From Anaerolineae bacterium (GTDB lineage: Bacteria > Chloroflexota > Anaerolineae > UBA1429): DNA of 64,000 nt. Positions 1 through 9,593 of the stretch are shown here, piece by piece (the stretch's first letter is position 1; each line of letters opens with the position of its first letter). The DNA lies in NCBI GenBank assembly GCA_963675785.1, contig OY776562.1:1088001-1152000 (forward strand). The letters are read 5' to 3'. The notes below the pieces were generated by a model. The model had not been told where the DNA came from. It saw nothing but the letters and a program-made list of their open reading frames with translations, and made no database searches. The translations under genes and the position numbers were made by a program.

Positions 1-325
1 AGGCGCCCACGCCTATGGCCCATTCACCCGGCTTGACCGCGACCGACGCATAACCCTGCGCCGAGCCGTAAGCGCAAACCCAAATGTGGCTGCGATCCGA
101 GCCAGAGGAGCCGATATAGCTCCCCTCTGGCCCGTACAGAAACAGGTCGATGGTGTTGATGGCCTCTTCCATGATGGCGCCATCCGCCTCGTTGCGCTTG
201 GTTTTGGCATAGCTGTAGCTGAGATCAAGGCGCTCGATTAGCGGTTCAACCGTAAAGGGCAGGGTGAAATAGCTCCCTTCCTCCTCTTTGCGCACTGTGC
301 GCGTGATGATCACGACCTTTTGCAT
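1..325 (-). CDS. Partial CDS (N-terminus; runs off the left edge), probable CehA/McbA-type PHP metallohydrolase
   Basis: Not in the ORF track because it has no stop in the window. Manual translation from ATG 325 (GAAGGA upstream): MQKVVIITRTVRKEEEGSYFTLPFTVEPLIERLDLSYSY...NTIDLFLYGPEGSYIGSSGSDRSHIWV...GYASVAVKPGEWAIGVGA, which resembles the N-terminal domain of CehA/McbA-family proteins. The catalytic domain would lie outside the window. Confidence 0.6.
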   Translation of the reverse strand, partial: MQKVVIITRTVRKEEEGSYFTLPFTVEPLIERLDLSYSYAKTKRNEADGAIMEEAINTIDLFLYGPEGSYIGSSGSDRSHIWVCAYGSAQGYASVAVKPGEWAIGVGA

Positions 326-341
326 CGCTTTTCCTTCTAGC

Positions 342-1232
342 TTACCGATTGGGATGGACGTGCTTGTTCTGGCTAAAGGCCTCTCTCCAGGAGACGAGCT
401 TGATTCCCTCTCGGGCCGCCAGCTCTTGCAGGTCGCCGCTCAGCAGGAATTGCAGCTCCCACTCGCGTTTCTGCCATTCCGGCGTATAGCGCGAGATTTC
501 GGGGTCGGCATAGGCGGGGTGTAAAAAGAGCTCGGTGATGCCTTCGCCCATGTTGTTTACTTGGCGTAGGTAAAAGTTACGCAGGTCCTCATAGCCATTG
601 ATGTCTTTTACCGGCAGGGGATTGGTGATCATGTCGTCGATCAGGGCCACGCCCATGATGTTCGCCAGCCCCACAATGGCGCGATGTGCGACGCGCACCA
701 CGCCCGGCACCTGGCCGCGAAATTGGCGGTCGAGAAAAACGCCGCGTCGGGGCATTCGAAAGGGCAGGCGGTAGCGGCGGCAGAGCCGGAAGGCGTTGAT
801 AAAGAACAGACGCCCGTTCATGCCGTAAAGCGTGCCGCCGTGGCTGTCGGCGTGGTCGGGTGGACAGCCGTGCTGCTGCATGAACGCCACCTGAGCTGTG
901 AGTTCGCGCGTCACCTCGGCGCTCTTGGCCTGCTTGGCCATCAGGCCGGCATCGGCGAACAGGCCCTGCTCATCGCGTAGCGAGGCCACCTCTTTTGCGG
1001 GGGCGGCACTATGCCAGCGGCTGTACGCAAAGTCCGAATGCAGCGTCCAGTGGACGCCCACGGCGAGCTTTTTCTCCGCCGCTGCGTCCGCCGCTTGCCC
1101 GGCAAGAGGGGCCGGTACCATCAACGAGGTAGAGGTGATGAGCCCCTCTTGAAAGAGCTGCAGGATCGCCCGGTCGGCACTCTCACAAATACCAAAATCA
1201 TCGGCGTTGATGATCAGATAACGTTCGCCCAT
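342..1232 (-). CDS. YdjC/ChbG/HpnK family carbohydrate deacetylase
   Basis: LIINADDFG at N-terminus, VGVHWTL, HADSHGG, ELFLHP motifs. Confidence 0.9.
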   Translation of the reverse strand: MGERYLIINADDFGICESADRAILQLFQEGLITSTSLMVPAPLAGQAADAAAEKKLAVGVHWTLHSDFAYSRWHSAAPAKEVASLRDEQGLFADAGLMAKQAKSAEVTRELTAQVAFMQQHGCPPDHADSHGGTLYGMNGRLFFINAFRLCRRYRLPFRMPRRGVFLDRQFRGQVPGVVRVAHRAIVGLANIMGVALIDDMITNPLPVKDINGYEDLRNFYLRQVNNMGEGITELFLHPAYADPEISRYTPEWQKREWELQFLLSGDLQELAAREGIKLVSWREAFSQNKHVHPNR

Positions 1233-1234
1233 GG

Positions 1235-2560
1235 CTACTTGACCAGCTCTGCCATCTGCTTGGGCCCGGCGTCTTCGGGTTTTTCAAAGCGCATGGCTAG
1301 GGCAAACAGCGCACTGGCGATCATGGCGGCAATGGGGAACAGAACGAGCAAAAAGCGCGAGGCACCACCAGGGTTAGAGCCCGGAACGTCGCCGCTCTCA
1401 AAACCGTAAACCGTGTTGACTAGCAAAAAGGCCAGGCTGACGAACAGACCGTTGAGTCGGTTCATAAAGCCCAGCATCGAGGAATAGATACCTTCGCGGC
1501 GTAGGCCATACTTGCGGGTATCCTCGTCCATGATGCGCGCGGCAATGAGGTCCATGGTGGTAATGACGCCAGCCATGCCAAAGCCGATGAGTGCGCTGCC
1601 CACGATGGCAGTCCCCAGCGAAGTGACGAAATACATAGGAACAAAGGCGACGGTTAGGGTTATCAGGGCCGTGCGCCAGATGGGCAACAGCCTGTAGCGC
1701 CTGACAAAAAAGGCCCACACCGCAACAGAGGCAATGGCGATCAGCAACACGGCCCCCAACAAAAAGGTCGTATCGCCGGAATCCAGGTGCAAGCTGTATT
1801 TGACGAAAAAGGGCACGGCTTGCATCACCAGCGACATTGCCGCGCTGTAAAAGGCGTTGGCCAGACCAAAGATCCAGAACTTGCGGTTGGTAAGCAGCAC
1901 CTTGAGCGTGCTGAGAAACTTTGGCTTTTCGGTTTCGATGGCCTGCGGGCTTTCATGGCAGCCAAAGGTGCAGTAGAGAATGACAGCGAGTGCCAGGATG
2001 CCATAGACGATCGAGGTGTTGGCGTAACCGATTTGCTCGGTCACCATGGGGGTCAGGGCAATGCTGATGACCATGGCCACCAGTTGGAATGCCTGGCGCA
2101 TGGCGTTGGTTTTGGCGCGTACCGCGTCATCCTTAAAGAGTTCGGGGAACAGCGCGCCATAGTTGGCGTTGACTAGCGAGTCTAGTGTACCGGTCATGAT
2201 GTACATGAGCAGCACGTAGACGAAAATGGCGTTCTCAGAGCCAAATGCGGGTGGGTTGTAGAATAAAATAAAGAATAGCACCAGAAGCGGTGTGCCGATC
2301 ACCAGCCAGGGGCGCCTGCGCCCCCAACGTGTGCGCGTGCGATCGGATAAAAAGCCATAGACGGGGTTATCGATTGCATCAATAAAGGTGTAGATAAAGA
2401 GGATCAACGAATAGTACTTGGTGTTCAAGCCTAGCCCGTCCACATAGAACACGGCGGCATAGGTCTTGAACATGTTGATGGGGATGGATGTGCCAAACAT
2501 ACCGATGGCATAGCGGAAAGAACTGGTCACTTTGGTAGCGATACTGGACTTTTCCTCCAT
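1235..2560 (-). CDS. MFS transporter, glycoside-pentoside-hexuronide (MelB-like) family
   Basis: DAIDNPVYGFLSDRTRTRWGRRRPW and RREGIYSS motifs; about 12 hydrophobic segments. Confidence 0.9.
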   Translation of the reverse strand: MEEKSSIATKVTSSFRYAIGMFGTSIPINMFKTYAAVFYVDGLGLNTKYYSLILFIYTFIDAIDNPVYGFLSDRTRTRWGRRRPWLVIGTPLLVLFFILFYNPPAFGSENAIFVYVLLMYIMTGTLDSLVNANYGALFPELFKDDAVRAKTNAMRQAFQLVAMVISIALTPMVTEQIGYANTSIVYGILALAVILYCTFGCHESPQAIETEKPKFLSTLKVLLTNRKFWIFGLANAFYSAAMSLVMQAVPFFVKYSLHLDSGDTTFLLGAVLLIAIASVAVWAFFVRRYRLLPIWRTALITLTVAFVPMYFVTSLGTAIVGSALIGFGMAGVITTMDLIAARIMDEDTRKYGLRREGIYSSMLGFMNRLNGLFVSLAFLLVNTVYGFESGDVPGSNPGGASRFLLVLFPIAAMIASALFALAMRFEKPEDAGPKQMAELVK

Positions 2561-2743
2561 GGGGTCACTCCATTGTGTAATAGGCGGCAGTACGAAGGCG
2601 ATGTTTCAATATAGAATGGGTTCGATGCGCTGTAAACGCGCATTTGACCATTTTGTGGGGCAATGTGTTAAGGCTCTGTAATCACCCTGTTATATAGAAC
2701 CAGGAGGGTATGCGCAGAGTTACGCCCTAAATCTTGCTTCCGC

Positions 2744-3220
2744 TTACAACCTCATCTCAAACTCGAATTCATGCAGGATGGGGATATCGTCCATGCCTAT
2801 CAACGGAATCTGCGGCTTGAGCTTGCGAGACGCTTCGATGGCGTTCAGATAAATAGCCGCCAACGTGAATCCTCTCTTCTGGTAAAAGCGAATGGCTTGG
2901 GTGTTGTCGTTGGTGGTGATGAGCCAAGCTCGTGTACAGCCTTGCGCTTTTGCTTCCTCGATCACGCGCTGGATGAGCTTCGTGCCGATGCCCTGCCTCT
3001 CCACTAGGCTATCTAGCGAAGTAATCTCGCATTCGCCGTACTCGATGCAATAGGTGACGAGTCCCACCATCTGTCCCTCGACCATGGCCACAAAGCCGGG
3101 GAGATTCTCTGCAGAATGGACTCTGCCTCGTGTGATGATGAGTGGCCCAGCCCAGTTATCACGTATCAGATCGATGGCGGCTGGCCGTGTGGTGTCATCC
3201 AATGGTATTATGCTAAACAC
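2744..3220 (-). CDS. GNAT family N-acetyltransferase
   Basis: RQGIGTKL acetyl-CoA motif, TTNDNTQAIRFYQKRGF. Start placed at GTG 3220 after an AGGAG RBS rather than the ORF-track 3298. Confidence 0.85.
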   Translation of the reverse strand: MFSIIPLDDTTRPAAIDLIRDNWAGPLIITRGRVHSAENLPGFVAMVEGQMVGLVTYCIEYGECEITSLDSLVERQGIGTKLIQRVIEEAKAQGCTRAWLITTNDNTQAIRFYQKRGFTLAAIYLNAIEASRKLKPQIPLIGMDDIPILHEFEFEMRL

Positions 3221-3386
3221 AAAGGTTCTCCTGACGATGTGCTTGTTGATCCCGCGATATGCGTACTCGCAAGACAGGCATTTGCTTTTAGTCATCAAGC
3301 GTGCTTCTATATCCGAATAGTCGAATTATACTGTTGCAAGTTTTGCTAGTCATGCGGCAGCGGAGATATTAAAGGCCTGGACAGAG

Positions 3387-5792
3387 ATGAAATACGAACA
3401 CGAATCCATCGAGAAAAAATGGCAAGATGCTTGGGCGGCTCAAGGTGTGTATCGAACGCCAGAGGATCCCACAAAGCCCAAGTATTACGCCCTTGTCGAG
3501 TTTCCCTATCCTTCCGGCCATGGCTTGCACGTAGGGCATGCCCGCCCTTATACGGCCATGGATGTCGTCGCTCGCAAGCGGCGTATGCAGGGTTACAACG
3601 TACTGTTTCCCATTGGCTGGGATGCCTTTGGTCTGCCCACCGAGAACTATGCCATTGCTAACCATATTCATCCTGCCAAGGTAACACATGACAATATCGC
3701 CTTTTTCCGCGATCAAACCAAGCTCTTGGGCTATTCCTTTGATTATTCCCGCGAGGTCGATACCACCGACCCTGCCTTTTATAAATGGACGCAGTGGATC
3801 TTTTTGCGGCTCTTTGAGCACGGTTTGGCTTACAAAGCCCAGATGCCCGTGAATTGGTGCACCTCCTGCAAATGTGTGTTGGCCAACGAAGAGGTTGTCG
3901 ACGGTGTGTGCGAGCGTTGCGGCAGCTCGGTGGTGCGCCGCGAAAAGAGCCAGTGGATGCTGCGTATTACCGCTTATGCCCAGCGTCTGCTTGACGGGCT
4001 GGATGAGGTGGATTTCCCCGATCGCGTCAAGGTGCAGCAGCGCAACTGGATTGGCCGCTCGACCGGCGCCGAGGTGGATTTTAGAACGACCACTGGCGAT
4101 ACCCTGTGCGTCTTTACCACCCGGCCAGATACGCTCTTTGGGGCAACCTACATGGTCATGTCTCCGGAACACCCCAACCTCGGGCGTTGGCGTGAGCGAA
4201 TCACCAACTGGGCCGAGGTAAAAGCCTATCAGGACCTCTCTGCGCAAAAATCCGATATCGAGCGCAGTGAGATGCAGCGCGACAAGACGGGCGTCGAATT
4301 AAAAGGCGTGCGTGCCATCAACCCGGTGAACGACGCCGAAATTCCCATCTATGTCTCGGATTATGTGCTGATGAATTATGGCACGGGCGCCATCATGGCC
4401 GTGCCCGGCCACGATACGCGCGACTGGGAATTCGCCACCAAATTTGGTTTGCCCATCGTCGAGGTGGTAGCGGGTGGCAACGTTCAGGAGCAAGCCTTTA
4501 CCGATGTTCAAAACGGTGTCATGGTCAATTCTGGCTTTCTCAGCGGCATGCAAACCTCAGATGCCATCGTGGCCATGATAGCCTGGTTGGAAGAAAAAGG
4601 TCTGGGGCATGCTTCCATAAATTTCAAGCTGCGCGATTGGGTGTTTTCTCGCCAGCGCTATTGGGGTGAGCCCATTCCTATTGTTCATTGCCCCAAATGT
4701 GGTTATGTGCCGCTGCCCGAATCTGAGCTGCCCTTGAAATTGCCCAATGTGGAGAGCTACGAGCCAACCGATACGGGTGAATCGCCTTTGGCCAAGATGC
4801 GCGATTGGGTCGAGACCTCCTGTCCGCGTTGTGGTGGCCCCGCTGAGCGTGAGACCGACACCATGCCCCAGTGGGCCGGCTCTTCTTGGTATTTCTTGCG
4901 CTATACCGATCCATATAACGACGCTGCTCTGGCCTCGCCTGAGGCGTTGGCCTATTGGACGCCCGTGGATTGGTACAACGGCGGCATGGAGCATACCACA
5001 CTCCACTTGCTCTACTCTCGCTTTTGGAACTTGTTCCTCTACGATATTGGCGTGGTACCCACATCCGAGCCTTATCGCAAACGCACCAGCCACGGCATGA
5101 TTCTGGGCGAGGGCGGCGAGAAAATGTCCAAGTCGAGAGGCAATGTCGTCAACCCCAACGATATCGTGAGCGAGTACGGCGCCGATACCATGCGGCTCTA
5201 TATCCTCTTCCTGGGTGACTTTGAAAAGGCCGCTTCCTGGCAGCAGAATGATGTCAAAGGGTGCCGTCGTTTCTTGGAGCGCCTTTGGACATTGTGTGAA
5301 AATCTCAACGATGATGCCGCTTATTCGCCAGCGAACATCACCCTGATTCACAAGACCATCAAAAAGGTGACCGAGGATATCGAAAACCTCAAATTCAATA
5401 CGGCCATCGCTGCCATGATGACCTTGCTGAACGAGATGACTTCCAATGGTGCCAGCAAGGGTGATCTCAAGACCTTCTTAACGCTGCTGGCGCCTTTTGC
5501 CCCGCACAGTTGCGAAGAACTGTGGCATCAGCTTGGTTTTGAGAGCTTTGTGGTTTGCCAGTCCTGGCCTGCCTACGACCCGGCGCTGTGTATTGATCAA
5601 GAAGTAGAGATCGCTGTGCAGATCAACGGCAAGTTTCGGGGAACCGTGTGGGTCCCCGCCGACTGTCCCGACGAAGAGCTGGTAAAAGCAGCCACTGCCG
5701 AAGAGCGCATTCAGAGAAACCTAGAAGGGATGCGCATCGTAAAGACCATCGTAGTAAAGAATAAACTGATCAACCTTCTGGTCAAGCCATAA
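3387..5792 (+). CDS. leuS: Leucine--tRNA ligase
   Basis: EFPYPSGHGLHVGH (HIGH), GWDAFGLPTEN, FTTRPDT and GTGAIMAVPGHD editing domain, SRQRYWGEPIP, KMSKS. Confidence 0.98.
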   Translation: MKYEHESIEKKWQDAWAAQGVYRTPEDPTKPKYYALVEFPYPSGHGLHVGHARPYTAMDVVARKRRMQGYNVLFPIGWDAFGLPTENYAIANHIHPAKVTHDNIAFFRDQTKLLGYSFDYSREVDTTDPAFYKWTQWIFLRLFEHGLAYKAQMPVNWCTSCKCVLANEEVVDGVCERCGSSVVRREKSQWMLRITAYAQRLLDGLDEVDFPDRVKVQQRNWIGRSTGAEVDFRTTTGDTLCVFTTRPDTLFGATYMVMSPEHPNLGRWRERITNWAEVKAYQDLSAQKSDIERSEMQRDKTGVELKGVRAINPVNDAEIPIYVSDYVLMNYGTGAIMAVPGHDTRDWEFATKFGLPIVEVVAGGNVQEQAFTDVQNGVMVNSGFLSGMQTSDAIVAMIAWLEEKGLGHASINFKLRDWVFSRQRYWGEPIPIVHCPKCGYVPLPESELPLKLPNVESYEPTDTGESPLAKMRDWVETSCPRCGGPAERETDTMPQWAGSSWYFLRYTDPYNDAALASPEALAYWTPVDWYNGGMEHTTLHLLYSRFWNLFLYDIGVVPTSEPYRKRTSHGMILGEGGEKMSKSRGNVVNPNDIVSEYGADTMRLYILFLGDFEKAASWQQNDVKGCRRFLERLWTLCENLNDDAAYSPANITLIHKTIKKVTEDIENLKFNTAIAAMMTLLNEMTSNGASKGDLKTFLTLLAPFAPHSCEELWHQLGFESFVVCQSWPAYDPALCIDQEVEIAVQINGKFRGTVWVPADCPDEELVKAATAEERIQRNLEGMRIVKTIVVKNKLINLLVKP

Positions 5793-5813
5793 AAAGCGCG
5801 TTGATATGTATTG

Positions 5814-5847
5814 GGGAGGGCCAGAGACTCTTGACTCTGGCCCTCCC
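5814..5847 (+). terminator. Hairpin after leuS
   Basis: GGGAGGGCCAGAG...CTCTGGCCCTCCC 13-bp inverted repeat; weak U tail. Confidence 0.6.
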
Positions 5848-5885
5848 TTCGCTATGCTGTTAGTATTACATTGTAGGAGCTAAAT

Positions 5886-6656
5886 GTGGACATAAACGAA
5901 GAACCCCAGAAAACTTGGCCCCCACGCATTTGGTCGCTGAAAAGCGTCATCATTGTGGCCTTGGTATTTATCGGCATCTATATCGTTATGTCGGTTGTCG
6001 AAGCCCTGTTGATGATAGGTTCCGACTCGCTTTCATTTGGGGTGAGCGTACTGGCAGTCGTCGCGGGGATCATCGCTGCAGTCTTGGCGGTTCTGACCGG
6101 CAAAGCCATTGGGCACTTTTCCTGGCAAGAGTTTGGGTTTCGCCGTACAGAAAAACGCTGGTACTGGTTGGCTCTTCTCATTGCCCCTGGCTTGGTGATC
6201 CTGCGCCTTTTAGTGGCCGGGCTTTTACTGTCTCTTTTCCCCGATTTGGGCGAAGGCATTGATGAGCTGAGTAACATTCTCGTTGGCGACTATAGCACAC
6301 TGCAAACGCTGGTGTTGGCACTCTTGGCCTCTTTGGTGGCACCCATATCAGAAGAGATGTTCTTCCGTGGCTATGTATATGGTGCACTCCGCATGAAACT
6401 GCCCGCTTGGGCTAGCATTTTGATTGGCTCGGCTATATTTGCAGCTATTCATCTATTGCCCCTGCAGATGGTCACGGCGTTCGTCATCGCCCTGGTCTTG
6501 GCTTGGCTCTACGAAAAAAGTCAATCATTAGTACCCTGTATCATTCTGCACATAACCAATAACGCATTGGCTCTGATTCTGACTGTTGCAGTAACTTGGC
6601 TTGTGGAGCAATTCCCAGACCTGACGGTGTTAGGTCTCTTATTGGGGGGAGCGTAA
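5886..6656 (+). CDS. CPBP (type II CAAX/Abi-like) intramembrane metalloprotease
   Basis: EEMFFRG, FAAIH, HITNN motifs; multiple TM segments; GTG start with AGGAG. Confidence 0.9.
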   Translation: MDINEEPQKTWPPRIWSLKSVIIVALVFIGIYIVMSVVEALLMIGSDSLSFGVSVLAVVAGIIAAVLAVLTGKAIGHFSWQEFGFRRTEKRWYWLALLIAPGLVILRLLVAGLLLSLFPDLGEGIDELSNILVGDYSTLQTLVLALLASLVAPISEEMFFRGYVYGALRMKLPAWASILIGSAIFAAIHLLPLQMVTAFVIALVLAWLYEKSQSLVPCIILHITNNALALILTVAVTWLVEQFPDLTVLGLLLGGA

Positions 6657-6659
6657 ACC

Positions 6660-8000
6660 ATGGACTTTGGCAACCTGATCGTTAATCTGTTTGACGGAGA
6701 AACCAAAGGGCTGCCCATGGACATACTACACGATCTACCCGGCAGCCCCAGCCAGTGGGCGGGTTTGCTCATGACCCAGGGCGATGTGCAGGAAATGCGT
6801 GCGCTTTTGAATCAGCCTCTTGTACGCGATTCGAGTACGGCGGCTGTTTTTCTGCCTGGCATTATGGGCTCCCTGTTGGGCAGTACAGCTGGCATAGGCG
6901 GCTTGCTCTGGTTGAACGGTACTGTTATCGCAGGCGGTAGTATCAATCTGCTTGATCTCGACGAGACCGGTGAGCAGGATGCTTCACCTGATGTCAGCAT
7001 CGTACCCGTGGGCTTGGAAAAATCGACCTATGTGAAGGCTGTGCTGCGCCTGTCGCGTACCTGCTGTCTGTACGAGTTCCCCTATGATTGGCGTAGACGC
7101 CTGGAGACCAGCGCTGCTCAGCTAGCAACCGCCATTGAGCGCTGGTCGGCAGCACGTCCGCATCAACGCTTTACTTTGATCGGTCACAGCATGGGTGGTC
7201 TGCTTGCCCGCACTTTTGTGGTTCTGTACCCCGAGCTGGCCGAGCGTGTTGTTGAGCGTATCGTCTTGCTGGCATCGCCCCTTTATGGCGCTGCCGCAGT
7301 ACCGCAGATATTCACTGGCGAGACGATGCAGGTGCAGTTGATCAAGAGTCTTTCTGAAAAGAACGATGTGGTCAGAATGTGTGCCAGTTTCCCAACTTGT
7401 TATGAACTTTTGCCTCCTCCCCCTGCTCTCTTTCCTTCTGGCACTGCCTATCCCTTTGACTGGGATCTCTATGATGCGCGTGACTGGAATATACCTGCCT
7501 TGAGACAAGATCTGCTGGATGAGGCAGCGGTTTTTCACCGTATGATCCTTGGTGCGGATCCACAGGTAGAAACCTGGCAATTTGCGGGTTGTAACCTCAA
7601 AACGGTGGTGGGGCTGTCGCGGATTCTGGGCAAAGATCAAGACGAAGAAAAGCATGCTTTTTCACCCATCTCGATGTCGGTAGGGGAGACAAGCGGAGAT
7701 GGAACCGTGCCGTTGTGGTCGGCCAGGGGTAAGGCCGTACACCATATGCATTATGTGCAAGCTGGCCATCAAACGATCCCTTCAGACAAAGCCGTACTGG
7801 ATGATGTGGTTAGACTGCTGCATGGCGAGAAACTGACTCTTCCCAGTGTTGTTCCTCTGCCTTTGCCAGAGAGGCACGAAAATGCCTATGTGGGCACCTT
7901 GACTAATATGGTCAATGACATCCAGCATAGTCTAAGAAGGGGAGGCCTTTCTGTGCTGGACATGCGCAATCTGTTGTTCCGTGGCGATATAGTTGAATAA
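6660..8000 (+). CDS. Alpha/beta hydrolase, LCAT/PGAP1-like lipase-acyltransferase
   Basis: PGIMGS oxyanion loop, FPYDWR, GHSMGG nucleophile elbow, GDGTVP acid, AGHQ His. Confidence 0.8.
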   Translation: MDFGNLIVNLFDGETKGLPMDILHDLPGSPSQWAGLLMTQGDVQEMRALLNQPLVRDSSTAAVFLPGIMGSLLGSTAGIGGLLWLNGTVIAGGSINLLDLDETGEQDASPDVSIVPVGLEKSTYVKAVLRLSRTCCLYEFPYDWRRRLETSAAQLATAIERWSAARPHQRFTLIGHSMGGLLARTFVVLYPELAERVVERIVLLASPLYGAAAVPQIFTGETMQVQLIKSLSEKNDVVRMCASFPTCYELLPPPPALFPSGTAYPFDWDLYDARDWNIPALRQDLLDEAAVFHRMILGADPQVETWQFAGCNLKTVVGLSRILGKDQDEEKHAFSPISMSVGETSGDGTVPLWSARGKAVHHMHYVQAGHQTIPSDKAVLDDVVRLLHGEKLTLPSVVPLPLPERHENAYVGTLTNMVNDIQHSLRRGGLSVLDMRNLLFRGDIVE

Positions 8001-8646
8001 GATAGATATCGACGCAATAAATCCGAACTTGGCAAAGGGAAAAGCATTGGACGTCGCAAGATTTGAAAAGCAACTTGATTTCTTACGTGAAATCGATCAA
8101 GTCAAATCGGTGTTTCGAAACACCATTTTGCTGGATGGTTCCAGGCGAGAGAATGATGCTGAACATATGTGGCATATGGCAGTCTGCGCCATGCTGTTTA
8201 GAGAGTATGTTGACGCCGAGCAGATCGACATGTTCAAGACGCTAAAAATGATTCTGCTTCACGATGTCATCGAGATTTATGCCGGAGATACCTTTGCCTA
8301 CGATGCCGTCGGTAAGACGACTCAGGCGCAAAGGGAGTACGAGGCTGCAGATCGTCTCTTTGCTCTTCTTCCAGATGACCAAAATGCAGAGTTCCGAGCG
8401 CTTTGGGATGAGTTTGATGCGCAGGCAACGGACGAAGCAAAATACGCACATCTTGTGGATGCGTTCATGCCCTTGTTACACAACTATACGACCGAGGGCC
8501 TCAAGTGGCGAGAACTCGGCGTGAAGAAGGATATGGTGCTCGAAAGAAATGAGATCAAGATAGAGCCTTCTTCCGCCGAGATATGGCGTTACGTCCAGGA
8601 TATGATTGAGGATGCCGTTACCAAAGGATATTTGCCTGAAAAATAA
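7993..8646 (+). CDS. HD domain phosphohydrolase (YfbR/HDDC2-like)
   Basis: RENDAEHMWH, HDVIEIYAGDT, LWDEF. Confidence 0.88.
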   Translation: MNKIDIDAINPNLAKGKALDVARFEKQLDFLREIDQVKSVFRNTILLDGSRRENDAEHMWHMAVCAMLFREYVDAEQIDMFKTLKMILLHDVIEIYAGDTFAYDAVGKTTQAQREYEAADRLFALLPDDQNAEFRALWDEFDAQATDEAKYAHLVDAFMPLLHNYTTEGLKWRELGVKKDMVLERNEIKIEPSSAEIWRYVQDMIEDAVTKGYLPEK

Positions 8647-8647
8647 G

Positions 8648-8690
8648 CGCAAACACCCGTAGGGGCCTAACGCTCCCTTGTGTGTTTGCG
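8648..8690. terminator. Hairpin between convergent genes
   Basis: CGCAAACAC...GTGTTTGCG inverted repeat with an imperfect inner stem. Confidence 0.5.
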
Positions 8691-9581
8691 TTATAGCACC
8701 ACAATGCCTCTGCTCGTGAATATCTCGGTGGCCTCTTGCAGCGTTTGCTCGCTGGGGGGCTTGATGTCTTGACCCATGTACACCAACCCCAGGCTCTCGT
8801 ATTTCTTTTCGGCCATATTGTGATAGGGCATGAGCTCGACCGCCCGAATACCCTCTGTCTTGACGAAATCCGCGATCGTCTCCATGTCCTCGATGCCAGT
8901 GTTGACGCCTGGGATATAGGGGATGCGTATGATGATTTCGATCCCCTTTTGTGTGAGGCTGTGAATGTTCTGCAAAATCAGCCTATTAGATGTCCCCGTC
9001 GTTTGGCGATGCCTGGCTTCATCCATCAGTTTGATGTCGACCAGGAACAGGTCTACCTGGTCGCTAATCTGCGCTACTGTTTCCCAGGGCAGGTTCAACG
9101 AGCTCTCGACGGCCGTGTGATACCCCTTGGCTTGGCAAGAGGTAAGCAGTTCGTGGACGAAATCCGGTTGCAGGAGGGGTTCGCCGCCGGAAAAGGTGAC
9201 GCCGCCGTTGGAATTCCTGTAAAAAGGCGCGTCTCGCTCGATTTGATCCATGATCTGTTCGCTGTCTATCTCTTGTCCGGCCTGTACCAGCGCTCCGGCT
9301 GGGCAGTTTTGGGCGCATAAACCACAACCGAGGCAGCGATCGCGGTCAAACCCCGTTTTCACCCCGACGAAATCTTGTGCATGAACGGGGCAAACGCTCA
9401 TGCAATGCCCGCACCCAATACACAGATTGCTAAAAAACTGGATCTCGATACATCGTTCCCAGGATTCCGGGTTGTGGCACCAAAAACACCGCAAACCGCA
9501 GCCCTTGAGAAAGACGGTGGTTCTGATTCCGGGACCGTCATCTGTGCAAAATCTCTGGATGTTTAGAATGGTGCCCTTCAT
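8691..9581 (-). CDS. Glycyl-radical enzyme activating enzyme (radical SAM with ferredoxin insertion)
   Basis: DGPGIRTTVFLKGCGLRCFWCHNPES (CxxxCxxC), two CxxCxxCxxxCP, GGVTFSGGEP, LMPYH. Confidence 0.95.
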   Translation of the reverse strand: MKGTILNIQRFCTDDGPGIRTTVFLKGCGLRCFWCHNPESWERCIEIQFFSNLCIGCGHCMSVCPVHAQDFVGVKTGFDRDRCLGCGLCAQNCPAGALVQAGQEIDSEQIMDQIERDAPFYRNSNGGVTFSGGEPLLQPDFVHELLTSCQAKGYHTAVESSLNLPWETVAQISDQVDLFLVDIKLMDEARHRQTTGTSNRLILQNIHSLTQKGIEIIIRIPYIPGVNTGIEDMETIADFVKTEGIRAVELMPYHNMAEKKYESLGLVYMGQDIKPPSEQTLQEATEIFTSRGIVVL

Positions 9582-9593
9582 AACCCGCCCTAT

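Noticed and set aside
3221-3386. T-box leader upstream of leuS
   Set aside because: The region is short, shared with a divergent gene, and has no T-box consensus or terminator.
3369-5351. Long antisense ORFs (3369..4247, 4557..5351) and similar ones opposite other genes (e.g. 27924..28799, 33895..34728, 59475..60398, 62026..62958)
   Set aside because: They lie fully opposite well-supported genes, have no recognisable motifs, and are expected shadows in GC-rich coding DNA.
5886-6656. Abortive-infection defence gene
   Set aside because: 'Abi' is a legacy name for the CPBP family; there is no defence context.
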